Shown here one piece after another: positions 1 through 10,496 of a DNA stretch of 37,422 bases. A model generated the notes under the pieces. The model saw only the letters and a program-made list of their open reading frames with translations. It ran no database searches and had not been told where the DNA came from. The translations under genes and the position numbers were made by a program. The first letter of the stretch is position 1; each line of letters starts with the position of its first letter. The stretch spans positions 1 through 37,422 of IMG/VR virus record IMGVR_UViG_3300021376_002532. One strand, written 5' to 3'. The stretch comes from a virus (taxonomy: Duplodnaviria > Caudoviricetes).

Positions 1-127
1 TTCTTATTTTTCCATCAATATCAGACATGGTATATTCGTGACCATCTTCCTTAAAAGTTAAATTTAACTCATTTCGTCTTATTGATAAGACATTTCTTAT
101 GTCTTCTGCAATTTCTTTTAAATTCAT
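1..127 (-). CDS. Partial (5' end only) probable PD-(D/E)xK / Cas4-like phage exonuclease
   Basis: The ATG at 127 overlaps the primase TGA (ATGA). The frame is open to the window edge: MNLKEIAEDIRNVLSIRRNELNLTFKEDGHEYTMSDIDGKIR. F-x-E-x-x-H-x-Y resembles the N-terminus of phage exonucleases. The catalytic motifs lie outside the window. Confidence 0.45.
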   Translation of the reverse strand, partial: MNLKEIAEDIRNVLSIRRNELNLTFKEDGHEYTMSDIDGKIR

Positions 128-1041
128 TCTTTTTCTTCTACAATGTATTCGTTTATTTGACCTCTTAGGTCGCAAACGTCTTTATCTTTTGGTAGTTTCA
201 TTAGTTTAATTCTACCATAAAGTTTTCCTCCGTTTAATTTGTCATATATGTTTTTAGCATCTGTGAAAGCATCACCATCTAAACAAACTATAATATCTTT
301 TTTTGCCTTCTCGTATAATTTTTCCCATAAGTTGTCGTTAACATATTTTCCAAGAAGTGCTATTGAATTATCTAAAAAGAATGAATCAAATACTCCTTCA
401 ACAAGATATATGTCTTTTTTCCAATCAATTAAACTTTCGTTAAAAATAAGAAAGTCTTTTGCCGCTTCAGGATTTTTGTATTTTAATTTTGCCTTTGAGT
501 TCCAAGACCTTGATACAAAAAAGTTTAATTCACCTTTTTTATTAAATGATGGAACAATAATACGACCCGCATATTCTCCTTCAACACAAAGTCCAATTTT
601 ATATTTGTCTATGGTTTCTTGAGTGATTCCTCTTTTTTTAAGGTAGTTCCAAGCTTCTTTTCTTGGTAAATGAATTGGGTGTATTTCCTCAAATCTTTTA
701 TATTCTTTTGGTAGTTTTAGTTTTTTGTATTCTTTTTGTTTTTTTTCAACCTTATCTGGTCTTATTAGGTTATATGTTTTTTTGTCCTTTTTTGAACCAA
801 ATTGTTCGATAAGTCTACCTAAATGTCCATGAGTGTCGTGTGTGTCACCACAAGACCAACAATGGTAAACATTTTTTTCTAATGAAACTTCTAAATTACC
901 TTTACCATCCCCCCTATCTAATCCTTTTATTTCGTGTGAACAAACAGGACAATCGTAGGCGATTTGACCACTATATTCATCGTACCTATGGGATTCACCT
1001 AAAAACCCATCTAAAATATCTTTTAATATATCAAAATCCAT
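124..1041 (-). CDS. DNA primase (DnaG/T4 gp61-like, Zn finger + TOPRIM)
   Basis: CPVC...HCWSC Zn-binding domain, YLKKRGI, GRIIVP, KYKNP, and TOPRIM motifs LVEGVFD and CLDGDA. Confidence 0.93.
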   Translation of the reverse strand: MDFDILKDILDGFLGESHRYDEYSGQIAYDCPVCSHEIKGLDRGDGKGNLEVSLEKNVYHCWSCGDTHDTHGHLGRLIEQFGSKKDKKTYNLIRPDKVEKKQKEYKKLKLPKEYKRFEEIHPIHLPRKEAWNYLKKRGITQETIDKYKIGLCVEGEYAGRIIVPSFNKKGELNFFVSRSWNSKAKLKYKNPEAAKDFLIFNESLIDWKKDIYLVEGVFDSFFLDNSIALLGKYVNDNLWEKLYEKAKKDIIVCLDGDAFTDAKNIYDKLNGGKLYGRIKLMKLPKDKDVCDLRGQINEYIVEEKE

Positions 1042-1072
1042 TAATTAAAAGATAGTAAAAAAATATAAATAA

Positions 1073-1594
1073 TCAAAACTTATTACTTTTTATGTAATTT
1101 TCTGATGCCCACAAAGGTTGTAAATTTTTTAATGAATTAATTATTTTTGGGTCTTCTTCTTTATCAAATGAAGATATTGGTTTTATATGGTCTATATGCC
1201 ATAAACCGTAGTTTTCCCAAGACATCCCTTCTTTAAAGTTTTTTTCTAAATGTTGTTTAAGATCTTCCGCACTATACCCCAAAATATTTATTGTGTGATT
1301 TTTTTTTTAAATCTTTAAATGTTTTATTGTCCGATAAAGTAAAGTCCTCCAAGAATGGACATGTTTGTTTTTTTTATAATAGTTTTTATAAAATTCTTTT
1401 AAATAATCTTTATTATTTTCTCTAAAAGTTTTGGCCCTTTTCCTATGTTCTATTTTTATATCTTCGTAATTTTCTTTAAAATTATTAGATCTACATATTT
1501 TGCACTGTTCCCTATAACCATCTTTTCTTCTTTTATGTTTATGAAATTCTGTTAATGGTTTTTCAATTTTACAAATTATACATACTTTACACAT
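1073..1594 (-). pseudogene. HNH endonuclease with N-terminal CxxC Zn finger, interrupted by one in-frame TAA at 1307-1309
   Basis: ORFs 1307..1594 and 1073..1282 share a frame. Read-through gives ...KHLKI*KKNHTINILGYSAEDLKQHLE...WHIDHIKPISSF...NLQPLWASEN. The N-terminus carries CIIC...CKIC. Confidence 0.8.
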
Positions 1595-1618
1595 ACATTA
1601 TATAAATATTTACAAAAC

Positions 1619-1645
1619 AAAAAACCCACCTTTATGGGGTGGGTT
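1619..1645 (-). terminator. Rho-independent terminator downstream of the 549-aa gene
   Basis: The minus strand reads AACCCACC-ccataaa-GGTGGGTT followed by TTTTGTTTT. Confidence 0.8.
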
Positions 1646-1669
1646 ATGTTATCTTATTTATATTATTAT

Positions 1670-3319
1670 CTATTGGTTCCACGAAGGTTTTGGTTGATCT
1701 TCTTTAGCCATATATATAAATCTTGCGATTATACTTCCGATCATAGTCATATACATACCACTGATTGATAGAATATTTTTTAAGTTTTGTAAATCTATAG
1801 CGGTTACCACTTTTTTATTTTTAATTTGATCTATACTTTTTTCTAATTTTTCAATGTCTTTTTCTAACCTTTCTATATCTTGTTTTTTATTCTTTTCCTC
1901 TTTTCTTTTTCTAGCCACTAATCTTAGGTATTGGAATTTTCTTTTAATATCGTCAAGTTTCATTAATATGTTTACTCTAATTCTTTCAATTTCTTCTTTT
2001 GCACTATCCTCTAACTCACCCATTTTATCACCTACTTTGTTTTTCAATCTACCCATTAATCTACCACTTGAACGTTCCAACGTAATAAATTCTTGACTCA
2101 ATTCATCTCTTTTTTTATATAAATCCTCAATATCTGAATTTATAGTGTTGGGTAAATTACTAGGTATTTCTTGCACCGGTAATGTTTGCATTTTTTCTTC
2201 TTCATATTGTTCTCTAAGAACTCTTCTTACTATTCTTGAAATGTATGACTCAGTCATTTGAGTAGAACAAAATGTTTTTATTTCCTCAAGTTTTTCAACT
2301 AGTTTACCCATGTTGTTTCCAATGTTAGGGGCGAACATTTTGATTTTTTGTTTTTTTCTAGTTTCGTTTAATTTTGCAATACTGTCATTATAATACGTTA
2401 AGTTTTCTGAACTACAAACATTTTCCAAAGTTATGGTTTCAATTTTGTTTTTAGATTCTTCAACAAGTTTTTGATCATCCGGATCGGCAGCTGAATACAT
2501 TCCATCATTTTCAATTTCTTCAATTAAATCTTTAATTTCTTGTTTTTTTGAAACTAATATGTCTTCCATTGCCGAATTTCCTTGTTCCTCTGAATTACCA
2601 CCTAAATCAACATCTTCATATTCAATTTCTGAATTTTCAGGACTTGATGATTCATTTTCTTTTTGTGATGAACAAAAAAGTTTAATTTCTTCTAATTTAT
2701 TTGCAATTTCTCCCATATTTTTTGATATATTCGGAGCATATGTTTTTGTATTAGGTTTTTCTTTCTTCTCATTTAATTCATTAATACTTTGATCGTAGTA
2801 TGTTAGATTTTCTTGACTACAAACGTTTTCAGAAGTTATAGTATTGATTTTATTTTTAGCATCCGATATTGTTTGTTTGTCTTCTTCTTCGGCATACGAA
2901 TACATATCATCATTTTCTATGTCATTTAATAGTTTCATTATTTCAGATTTTTTAACTGCCACCATGTCACCATTAACATTATCCATTTCCATATCACCAT
3001 CAACACCTTCATTTGAATCTCCCGATCTCCACCCATTACACATGTCGTCTCTCATTTTAATATTTTGAGCAATTGAACCGTCAGAACCCCAATCTTGTCT
3101 CAATTGTTTCCATTGAGCATAAGAACTTATTTGTCCTGTTTTGACAGCAACGTTGTAAGGTAAATCTTTTTTACATGCTTCTACATCTCCACCATAACCA
3201 TCACCTGGACTTGCGCTGAAACCTTCGTTAATTACCCAAGACTCGTGTCTATTTCGGTAATTATTATGCATGTTTAATATTCTTCTTTTTTCTGATTCTG
3301 AAATTAAAAATTTTTTCAT
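1670..3319 (-). CDS. Hypothetical 549-aa protein, putative internal head/ejected protein with a duplicated 102-aa domain, coiled coil and C-terminal hydrophobic segment
   Basis: N-terminal motif ISESEKRRILNMH is shared with 33980..34612. Internal motif TESYISRIVRRVLRE is shared with 32896..33234. The function is inferred. Confidence 0.55.
   Translation of the reverse strand: MKKFLISESEKRRILNMHNNYRNRHESWVINEGFSASPGDGYGGDVEACKKDLPYNVAVKTGQISSYAQWKQLRQDWGSDGSIAQNIKMRDDMCNGWRSGDSNEGVDGDMEMDNVNGDMVAVKKSEIMKLLNDIENDDMYSYAEEEDKQTISDAKNKINTITSENVCSQENLTYYDQSINELNEKKEKPNTKTYAPNISKNMGEIANKLEEIKLFCSSQKENESSSPENSEIEYEDVDLGGNSEEQGNSAMEDILVSKKQEIKDLIEEIENDGMYSAADPDDQKLVEESKNKIETITLENVCSSENLTYYNDSIAKLNETRKKQKIKMFAPNIGNNMGKLVEKLEEIKTFCSTQMTESYISRIVRRVLREQYEEEKMQTLPVQEIPSNLPNTINSDIEDLYKKRDELSQEFITLERSSGRLMGRLKNKVGDKMGELEDSAKEEIERIRVNILMKLDDIKRKFQYLRLVARKRKEEKNKKQDIERLEKDIEKLEKSIDQIKNKKVVTAIDLQNLKNILSISGMYMTMIGSIIARFIYMAKEDQPKPSWNQ
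2258..2968 (-). repeat. Intragenic duplication of a 102-codon domain (2663-2968 and 2258-2563)
   Basis: DMVAVKKSEI...ENVCSQENLTYY...APNISKNMGE...KLEEIKLFCSSQ aligns without gaps to DILVSKKQEI...ENVCSSENLTYY...APNIGNNMGK...KLEEIKTFCSTQ. Confidence 0.9.
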
Positions 3320-3331
3320 AGACTATTAATT

Positions 3332-3343
3332 TATTTATAAATA
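3332..3343 (-). promoter_or_regulatory. Putative late promoter element TATTTAT (here within the palindrome TATTTATAAATA)
   Basis: TATTTAT lies 17 nt upstream of the ATG at 3319. The same 7-mer precedes about 12 minus-strand genes in the window. Confidence 0.55.
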
Positions 3344-3368
3344 TTAATAAAATAAAAAAAAACAAATT

Positions 3369-3971
3369 TTACCAAATATTTTCTTGTTTCATATATCCTA
3401 ATACACAAGTATATGAATCGGCCATGTCATAGCACTCTTTTTTCAGAGTATTATTTTTGGTATATAACCAAGTAATTTGTGGTTCCTTATCTGAAACCTT
3501 TTTCCAAATTAATTCTTTTTTATCAATGTCTTTTGGTAGTCCTCCAAATAATACATGTTTTCCTTTATCATTTTGTTGAACAAAGTCGGGCCATGCAAAT
3601 TTTCTTGAGTTATATGTTGATATAAATGATGGAACAATTCCTAAAATATCATATATTGATTTTGTAATCATTGAATTATACCTTAATAAGGTTCCTACTG
3701 TCCATATATTATTTGAATTTAATAAAGGTTCTTCAATGACTACTTTTGTAATTCCTAGATTTCTATAACCCTCTAATTTTTCTTCAAACGCTCTCACCTT
3801 TAAAATCAATTCCTCAATTTTATCTTCGGGTTTTGGTTTTATAACTGGTGAAAAATGTGTTAGTTCTAATAATTCTTGTGATTTAATATCAAATATTGAC
3901 CAACCTATTGTACGAGTTGATACATCTAAACCCAAGACTTTTGGTGAGTTTTTTAAATCTGTTTTTGCCAT
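3369..3971 (-). CDS. RuvC-like Holliday junction resolvase (RNase H fold)
   Basis: Acidic catalytic motifs VLGLDVSTRTIGW, VVIEEP and DMADSY. Confidence 0.85.
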   Translation of the reverse strand: MAKTDLKNSPKVLGLDVSTRTIGWSIFDIKSQELLELTHFSPVIKPKPEDKIEELILKVRAFEEKLEGYRNLGITKVVIEEPLLNSNNIWTVGTLLRYNSMITKSIYDILGIVPSFISTYNSRKFAWPDFVQQNDKGKHVLFGGLPKDIDKKELIWKKVSDKEPQITWLYTKNNTLKKECYDMADSYTCVLGYMKQENIW

Positions 3972-3977
3972 AAATTT

Positions 3978-6167
3978 TTAAAAATCTAATTTAACGGGGT
4001 ACTGTTGGATTCCTTGTCTTTTTTGTGGGGATTGTACCTTAGAAATAACCATAAGTTCTCTATCTTCATTGTAAAGAGCAACTTCGGTTATAAATGGTTT
4101 TGTTGTTCCGTCCCAAGTAGGGTTAGAAGAAGTTAAAAACTGTGTTTGTCCTAAATTACAAAGATAATTCATAACATAAATTGTTGCCTGAATGTCTGTT
4201 TGTAAAGTACCATAAAAATAGTATTCTCCTCCAAAATTGAAAGTCGTCCCCGTTTGATTAAGTGTCGGTATGTTGATGTAGTCATAAAGGTCATATGTTG
4301 GAGCATTGTCATACATATCTTTTGTAATCTGTATTGTTGTTCCTGTAAGTCCACTAACCGTTAAAAACCCGTTTGTTGTACTTGCAGATAATTGGGACAT
4401 AACATCAATTTCTCTCCATTCATCGGGTTGTGGTCTAGTTGTTCCGGTTGATACAATCTGAGCCAATACTTTCATTTCATTTGCGGTATATCCTGATGGT
4501 ATTGTTGTGTTTTCTGAATTTAAAAATTTGAATTCGTTTCCAAATTTCAAGAAAATATTATATGTTGATTGTGTTGGATCTACTTGTGTTGGTGTTAATT
4601 TAGTATAGTAATTACAGTGTAATGAATTTGTAAATGCCGAATTATTAAACCTATAAGTAACAAATATTGATTCTGTTCCTGCACTAACCGCACCTTCATC
4701 TTGACCTAAAACACCATCACACGCGTTTGGTATTATTTGACCTACTTTTGGTGCCGGCAATGTCCAAGATCTATTAGATTTATTACTCATTGCTGCAACT
4801 ATTTCATCATCATCAAAAACCACCATTTTTAAATCAGGAAAAACTTTACCTACCCTATTTGGGTAACCTGTTGGGGTTACGTATGTGTCCCATAAATTGT
4901 AGTATCTGATTCCTGGTTTATTAAAATCCGCACTTCTTTTTGATTTTATATAAAATGTTTGAAACAAATCCGGTGTAAATCCGGTTGGGTCTGTGTAAAA
5001 ATATTCACCGATTGTTCCTGTCGTATTTTTATGGTACATCAACCAAGGTAAACCTATTTTAAAGTTTCTTGCTTGTCCCGTATTGCCTGGATTTGATGGA
5101 TCATATTCTTGTTGTGCGAATTTTTCACCATAAAAATTATCAATTGATTGATTAGTATAATGAACTATTGCGATTGCCTTTTGATCAGATGGACTAAAAT
5201 TGATCTTTTCACTTAAAGAGTTGTTAAAATACACAGAACCAGTATCTAATTGTCCATTATTAGTTCCATATCCTAAATATTCCTTAGTTCCGACATAAGT
5301 TGCTGCTGAATAATTATTATAATCTTGATTAATTGTATCAAATAATCCTGCTGGTGATTCAGTCCAAGGAATATTCATATTCCAAACTTTGACATCTGTT
5401 TGTGAAACATCACAATTTGTTTCAAAATTAAAAACATTAGTTGCCCAAAATGGTTCAGGAGTAACTGAATCATAAAGTTGTGTCATGTTTGCCGGATAAA
5501 AAACAATTGATGATGTGCCAGTGTATCCCATAGATAAAAAATCAGGTACTTGTCTGTCTAATTGAATCGTCACCGTACTCGCGGATGACGTATTTCCCGT
5601 GACACCAATAACAACATACGTAAATGAAGGTGAATTACCACTTAATGGATTAATGCTGTTATTTGTAAATAAAGTTACAAACATACCTGTAGTTACTGTT
5701 CCTGATGCCGATGCATCAATTGTATTTGCAGAAACTATAATAGTATCGCCAGACATTAAATCACTATTATTTATAATAAAATTGGGGTTAATAGTATACG
5801 CCGATGTTGTGTATAATGTGTTTCCTGTGAAAAAACCTCTTGGTGCTGCAGAATTATAAATATTATCAACATACGACGAATCGAAAGGAATACCAAAAGT
5901 ACTACCTGAAGTTGAATCAACAAAGAATGGGTATTTAACGTTCAACCTATTAAATTCAGGTATTGGGGTATTATTATCCGCATTATATTGTGGCATTAAT
6001 ACATTTAAGTTATTGTAATTTTGACCACTTATTGTATTATAACTAACTTCGCTGTCGCCCACTTGAAAATATGCGATGTTAAATTTACCTTGTGAGATTT
6101 TTTTTCTCGCAGCATCAGTTAATAATGTATTTAATATTCCGCTAGTATCTTTAATTATATATGACAT
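3978..6167 (-). CDS. Virion structural protein (baseplate/tail-fibre collar-like)
   Basis: N-terminal LLTDAARKKI...FQVGDSE and C-terminal ITEVALYNEDRELMVISK...VKLDF resemble tail-collar/fibre attachment domains. Thr/Asn/Gly-rich, and located in the structural module. Confidence 0.65.
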   Translation of the reverse strand: MSYIIKDTSGILNTLLTDAARKKISQGKFNIAYFQVGDSEVSYNTISGQNYNNLNVLMPQYNADNNTPIPEFNRLNVKYPFFVDSTSGSTFGIPFDSSYVDNIYNSAAPRGFFTGNTLYTTSAYTINPNFIINNSDLMSGDTIIVSANTIDASASGTVTTGMFVTLFTNNSINPLSGNSPSFTYVVIGVTGNTSSASTVTIQLDRQVPDFLSMGYTGTSSIVFYPANMTQLYDSVTPEPFWATNVFNFETNCDVSQTDVKVWNMNIPWTESPAGLFDTINQDYNNYSAATYVGTKEYLGYGTNNGQLDTGSVYFNNSLSEKINFSPSDQKAIAIVHYTNQSIDNFYGEKFAQQEYDPSNPGNTGQARNFKIGLPWLMYHKNTTGTIGEYFYTDPTGFTPDLFQTFYIKSKRSADFNKPGIRYYNLWDTYVTPTGYPNRVGKVFPDLKMVVFDDDEIVAAMSNKSNRSWTLPAPKVGQIIPNACDGVLGQDEGAVSAGTESIFVTYRFNNSAFTNSLHCNYYTKLTPTQVDPTQSTYNIFLKFGNEFKFLNSENTTIPSGYTANEMKVLAQIVSTGTTRPQPDEWREIDVMSQLSASTTNGFLTVSGLTGTTIQITKDMYDNAPTYDLYDYINIPTLNQTGTTFNFGGEYYFYGTLQTDIQATIYVMNYLCNLGQTQFLTSSNPTWDGTTKPFITEVALYNEDRELMVISKVQSPQKRQGIQQYPVKLDF

Positions 6168-6180
6168 ATTTTAATAAATA

Positions 6181-7803
6181 TTATCCTGTTTGATTATTTT
6201 GTGAAAATGCTAAACTACCTTCTTTATTTACCGAAACTGTTATCGGTGTCACATTGTTACTTATAGTTTCGCAAGTTTGTTGATTTAATAACACGATATT
6301 TCCGATAGAAATAGTATCACCAATTGTTCCTTTTGTAACACAACCTTGCCCCGAATTTACCACTTGTACTTTTTGAAAAATTGTACCTGTAACAGTCCCT
6401 GTACCTGAAATACTAACGGTGTATGTTCTTGTTATACCTGTGGTATAAAAATTAGGGTGACAAGCAACTATATTTGGATAACTATTTGTTGTTGTTTGTA
6501 TGTTAGAAGTTAAAAATTGTGCAGTTCCAGTAGTTCCAGTAACGTTAGAATATGTTAAAGTTGGTGATCCGTTACTTGCGGTCCCCGCAGACATAGATGT
6601 AGTGTTATAAATAGTCATATTAACCACTCTGTTAGTCGGTAACGGTGGAGTAACACTAATAACCCAATTAGCGGTTTTTTGAACACTATTTGTCGTACTT
6701 ATTGATGTTGGACTACTTGGAACAAAACTTAAATCTACTTGGTATGTTGTTGTTGATTGTTGAGGTGTTAAGACCGCACCAAATGTTGAGATATTCCCAA
6801 TAACGTCTTTAACATAAATTGTGTAATTACCTGTTGATAGGTTATTAAAAATATTAGAGTTTTGATACGTTATATTATTGAGTGAATATGTGTATGGTGA
6901 AGTTCCTCCAGCAACGTTATTTACTATTATTGTACCATCTGTTGATAAATTACAAGTTGGGTTTGTTTTTTGTATGTTTGCTATTATGTTTGTCCCACAA
7001 TTACCTTGTGTTACGTTTACAGTTCTATTACCTCCGTTTACCGTCCATATGCCTATTGGTGGTGAAATTTGTTGTCCAAGTACCGGAACGCCGGTTAATG
7101 TCCATCCAGATACGTTCCAATTATTAGTTGCAGAATTGAAATAAATTTTTTGACTAGGTGTTGATGATGTCCAACTTGGGTATCCGTTATATGTTCCCGC
7201 AGAAAAGAATTGATATTGGGTTAATTGTGAAGTTACTTGAAATCCGACAATAGTAAAACCAACGGTATTCAAACATAAACCTGAAGTATTTTCAAACTCA
7301 GGAGTAATAGGTAAACATTCAGTACAGTCTTCAAATGGTCCTGATGTTGTGGTTGCACTATAATTGTAATAACTTTGACCTGAATATAGTGTTAAACCAT
7401 TACTTACCCAACATCCCGATTGTGATGTAATTGTAAACGTATCGCCTGTTGGGTATAAAAAATTTAAATTGGCTAAATAATATAATTTATTTGTGGGTTC
7501 CACACAACTGAAAAACTCTTCTAAATAAAAACTATTGGTTCCCACTATACAAGTTGTTGTAGCACTAAAATCGTTATAATAATCGGTTACTGTTGCGGTG
7601 TATTCACCCGCACCAACACCGATTAAGTTTTGACTTTGCGATCCGTTTGTCCAAGAAATACTATACGGTGGAGTTCCCCCAGTAATAATTAAATAAACCC
7701 CTCCATCATTTGTTTCAGGTGAATAAGCATTTACAACCGAACATTGAACGCTCATTGGAAATAATGTTATTATATTACAACTGTTACCACTATAAATTGA
7801 CAT
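6181..7803 (-). CDS. SprB-repeat, Cys-rich putative fibre/decoration protein
   Basis: SprB-type repeats GGTPPYSISWTNG...GEYTATVTD and PTC...DGTI...GGTSPYTYSL...LSTGNYTIYVKD. Confidence 0.7.
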   Translation of the reverse strand: MSIYSGNSCNIITLFPMSVQCSVVNAYSPETNDGGVYLIITGGTPPYSISWTNGSQSQNLIGVGAGEYTATVTDYYNDFSATTTCIVGTNSFYLEEFFSCVEPTNKLYYLANLNFLYPTGDTFTITSQSGCWVSNGLTLYSGQSYYNYSATTTSGPFEDCTECLPITPEFENTSGLCLNTVGFTIVGFQVTSQLTQYQFFSAGTYNGYPSWTSSTPSQKIYFNSATNNWNVSGWTLTGVPVLGQQISPPIGIWTVNGGNRTVNVTQGNCGTNIIANIQKTNPTCNLSTDGTIIVNNVAGGTSPYTYSLNNITYQNSNIFNNLSTGNYTIYVKDVIGNISTFGAVLTPQQSTTTYQVDLSFVPSSPTSISTTNSVQKTANWVISVTPPLPTNRVVNMTIYNTTSMSAGTASNGSPTLTYSNVTGTTGTAQFLTSNIQTTTNSYPNIVACHPNFYTTGITRTYTVSISGTGTVTGTIFQKVQVVNSGQGCVTKGTIGDTISIGNIVLLNQQTCETISNNVTPITVSVNKEGSLAFSQNNQTG

Positions 7804-7807
7804 AATA

Positions 7808-8023
7808 TTAATTTTCTATACAGTATTCACAACTATTATTGTCAATAACTCTTATCGCATAAACTGCGTTATTTTCATATTCTTCAGGTAATGTAAAAGA
7901 ATATGGTAAAGCATTTGTTGTGTCGTAATAAACACAAGTCGCAGTGCTCAAACACGAATCACAAATCCAAATATCTAATGGAAGAGTCCCTGTTGTTGCT
8001 GTTAATGATACTAATGTTGCCAT
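7808..8023 (-). CDS. Small 71-aa Cys-containing protein, paralogue of 13511..13798 and of the N-terminus of 11783..13492
   Basis: The likely start is the ATG at 8023 (MATLVSL), just after the upstream stop. Shared pattern TG-x-P-x-D/N-I/V-x-x-C...C...D-x-x-x-C. Confidence 0.65.
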   Translation of the reverse strand: MATLVSLTATTGTLPLDIWICDSCLSTATCVYYDTTNALPYSFTLPEEYENNAVYAIRVIDNNSCEYCIEN

Positions 8024-8028
8024 ATTTT

Positions 8029-9657
8029 TTAACAATTTCCATTTACTGAACAAAATTCTGTAAGTTTTCCTTGTTGGTTGACTGAGTAAATTTTATTCGA
8101 ATATTTTATATATGATGTAAACAAAGGTATAGTTAAAGAACTATCTTCATAAACATAAACATTTTCATTTATTGATGTCACGCCTGAAGACGTGTAGAAA
8201 GTTATATCACTACCACCATTTACTAAATCACAAGTAGGACAAGATACTGTAAATTCACCCTTTCCTGACCAAACCTTATATGAAGGTCCAGGTGTTGGTG
8301 TTGGTGTAAGACAAGTCAAGCAATTCGTGTATGTTGTTGCGCTTGTTCCTGTAAAAGTTTCAATCACTGACCACATATATCCCGAAGGTGGTGTATAGTT
8401 AGTGAAATACCCAACATATGAATAACAATTACCTGACAAATCTTTTAAGATAGAACCGTTAGATATGTTATAAGGAGGTATACTGTATTGTATTATCATT
8501 GTATTATTTGTGCATGATGTGAAAACAAAGTTAGTATTAATAGGGTATGTAGGTGCAGGTGTTGGACTAGGTGTAGGTGTCGGTGTTGGGCTCGGTGTAG
8601 GCGTTGGTGTAGGTGTTGGTGTAACAAGAACACAGGTTGAACAAGTACTTGCTGTTGAAAATATGTCACTTAAATAATCAATTGGACTACCATTATCGTC
8701 TTCAATGTATTTCAAACATTTGTATTCTCCATTAATGAATGCAAAGAATGTTGTTCCAGTGATTATTGTATTACCAGAGAATAACAAAGGACCTAATACA
8801 CTATAAATGTCATTGCTATTACAATCTTCAAGTATTTTACTATTAACACAGACAAAATTTCCACTATCAATAACATAAGTAACTCCAGAATTTATATTAT
8901 ATGGATATATTATTGGCGTAGGAGTAGGTGATGGTGTTGGAGTTGGTGTAGGTGGTGGGGTATACCCGCTAAAAGATATGCCAACGGTGTATGTTGCACA
9001 AGGACCAATTGTAGGTGTTGGGGTGGGTGTTGGGGTAGGCGTGGGTGTTGGTGACGCTGTAGGTGTTGGTGTTGGTATATCACAGAGAGTTAGAACATCA
9101 AAATCTAATATTGAACATGGGTCGTATGGTGTTGGTGTTGGTACACAAGTGCCACTTGTTGCGACGGTAATATCAAAATCGGGACATAAATCGAAAGTAG
9201 GATTATTGCCAAAAAAAACACAAGTAGATGTCAGTCCTGTTGAAAGGCACCAATTAGTGTTATTGAAATAGATAGTTGATCCACTTGTACCGCCTGTCCA
9301 AAAAGGATAACTATTAAAGTTACCTGAAACAATATAGTTACCATTGAAGCCAGAATAACTGTCAAAAGAAATATTAACACATATTTCATTACTACAACAA
9401 TGACCTGTATCACATAAAATTGTTGAGCAATCGGACTGTATTGTATATACTCCGTTATATGTTGTGAAAGTAGTTGCACTAAAACCAGAAGTAAATGCGG
9501 ATACAATAGTATAACAACCATCAGGAACAACCGCATCACCCGAAAAATGATATGTTGTGGTTAATGCGGTTGTTGCTCCAGTTGCGTTCCAAGTAGCATC
9601 ATCAGTTACATATTGATAACCTTCATAACAACAACCCTCGAATCTTAAATTTGCCAT
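8029..9657 (-). CDS. Cys-rich modular protein with several Pro-Thr (mucin-like) linkers, putative virion fibre/decoration
   Basis: Five PT-rich tracts separate Cys-containing modules. The C-terminal module resembles that of 13800..16553. Confidence 0.65.
   Translation of the reverse strand: MANLRFEGCCYEGYQYVTDDATWNATGATTALTTTYHFSGDAVVPDGCYTIVSAFTSGFSATTFTTYNGVYTIQSDCSTILCDTGHCCSNEICVNISFDSYSGFNGNYIVSGNFNSYPFWTGGTSGSTIYFNNTNWCLSTGLTSTCVFFGNNPTFDLCPDFDITVATSGTCVPTPTPYDPCSILDFDVLTLCDIPTPTPTASPTPTPTPTPTPTPTIGPCATYTVGISFSGYTPPPTPTPTPSPTPTPIIYPYNINSGVTYVIDSGNFVCVNSKILEDCNSNDIYSVLGPLLFSGNTIITGTTFFAFINGEYKCLKYIEDDNGSPIDYLSDIFSTASTCSTCVLVTPTPTPTPTPSPTPTPTPSPTPAPTYPINTNFVFTSCTNNTMIIQYSIPPYNISNGSILKDLSGNCYSYVGYFTNYTPPSGYMWSVIETFTGTSATTYTNCLTCLTPTPTPGPSYKVWSGKGEFTVSCPTCDLVNGGSDITFYTSSGVTSINENVYVYEDSSLTIPLFTSYIKYSNKIYSVNQQGKLTEFCSVNGNC
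8551..9143 (-). repeat. Hexamer-period repeats encoding (Pro-Thr)n tracts (about 8551-8623, 8913-8960, 9010-9078, 9128-9143)
   Basis: Degenerate ggtgtt/ggtgta runs on the + strand translate to [10 protein letters not shown]. Confidence 0.9.
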
Positions 9658-9713
9658 TAAAAATTAGACTTTATTATATAAATAATCACAAGTTCATTTT
9701 ATTGAAGTGTATT

Positions 9714-10496
9714 TTATCCGAATAGTTCAAAATATTGCCTCCAATCTGATTTAACTATGTTAAATTCATCTTTATTGTCTTCATAACAAAAATCAAAATA
9801 CTTTTCTTCGCTACCAACGTATCCAAAATCAAAATATTTTTGTAATAAGGTTTCAAAATAATTTATTAAAAAATTAATGTTCGATTTTTTTGGAACGAAA
9901 AAACAACCTCCGTGTATATACCTATATTGTGATAGTAAATGTAATTCTCTGTTTGTTATTTTAAAATTTGTATCGTGACTGAAAAACGTTATTTTATTTA
10001 AATAATCTTCTTCTAATTTTTCAATTTTTGGAAAAATTTTACCTTGTTTACTATTGTCTCTCAATAATCCAGCATCACACCAAACATAAAAATCATAATC
10101 ACTTTCTTCTATTGCATTTTTAATAAAATAAAACTTGTTAAATATTATAGTATTATATTCTGCATACAACATTTCTGGAACTTGGAAGTGTATTTTTTTT
10201 TTAAACTCTTCTGATGACATTAAGTTTACTATTTTTCGATGGAATTTTTTATAAGAATTAAGATCTTCAAAATTTTGTATAATTATTTTAGTTCTAGATA
10301 AATCTTTATCTATTTTTTTTCTACTTTCTATTATCCTATCTAAAAACTTTTGTTCAGTATAAATAATAAAATCAGAATCGACATTCAAAATATTATCCAT
10401 CCAAAATAAATAAGTATTATATGATTGATTATAATTATTCCATTTATCTCTTCCGATATCAAATAAAGCGGTTACAATCACTGACCTTTTTATCAT
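9714..10496 (-). CDS. HtrL/YibB (WlaTC)-like putative glycosyltransferase
   Basis: IVTALFDIGRDKW, EY...IFNKFYF, VWCDAG, IHGGCF, GSEE. ATGA overlap with the upstream GT gene. Confidence 0.7.
   Translation of the reverse strand: MIKRSVIVTALFDIGRDKWNNYNQSYNTYLFWMDNILNVDSDFIIYTEQKFLDRIIESRKKIDKDLSRTKIIIQNFEDLNSYKKFHRKIVNLMSSEEFKKKIHFQVPEMLYAEYNTIIFNKFYFIKNAIEESDYDFYVWCDAGLLRDNSKQGKIFPKIEKLEEDYLNKITFFSHDTNFKITNRELHLLSQYRYIHGGCFFVPKKSNINFLINYFETLLQKYFDFGYVGSEEKYFDFCYEDNKDEFNIVKSDWRQYFELFG

Noticed and set aside
1307-1309. Stop-codon reassignment or programmed frameshift in the HNH gene
   Set aside because: The halves are in the same frame, so no frameshift is needed. TAA ends most genes here and long ORFs are intact under the standard code.
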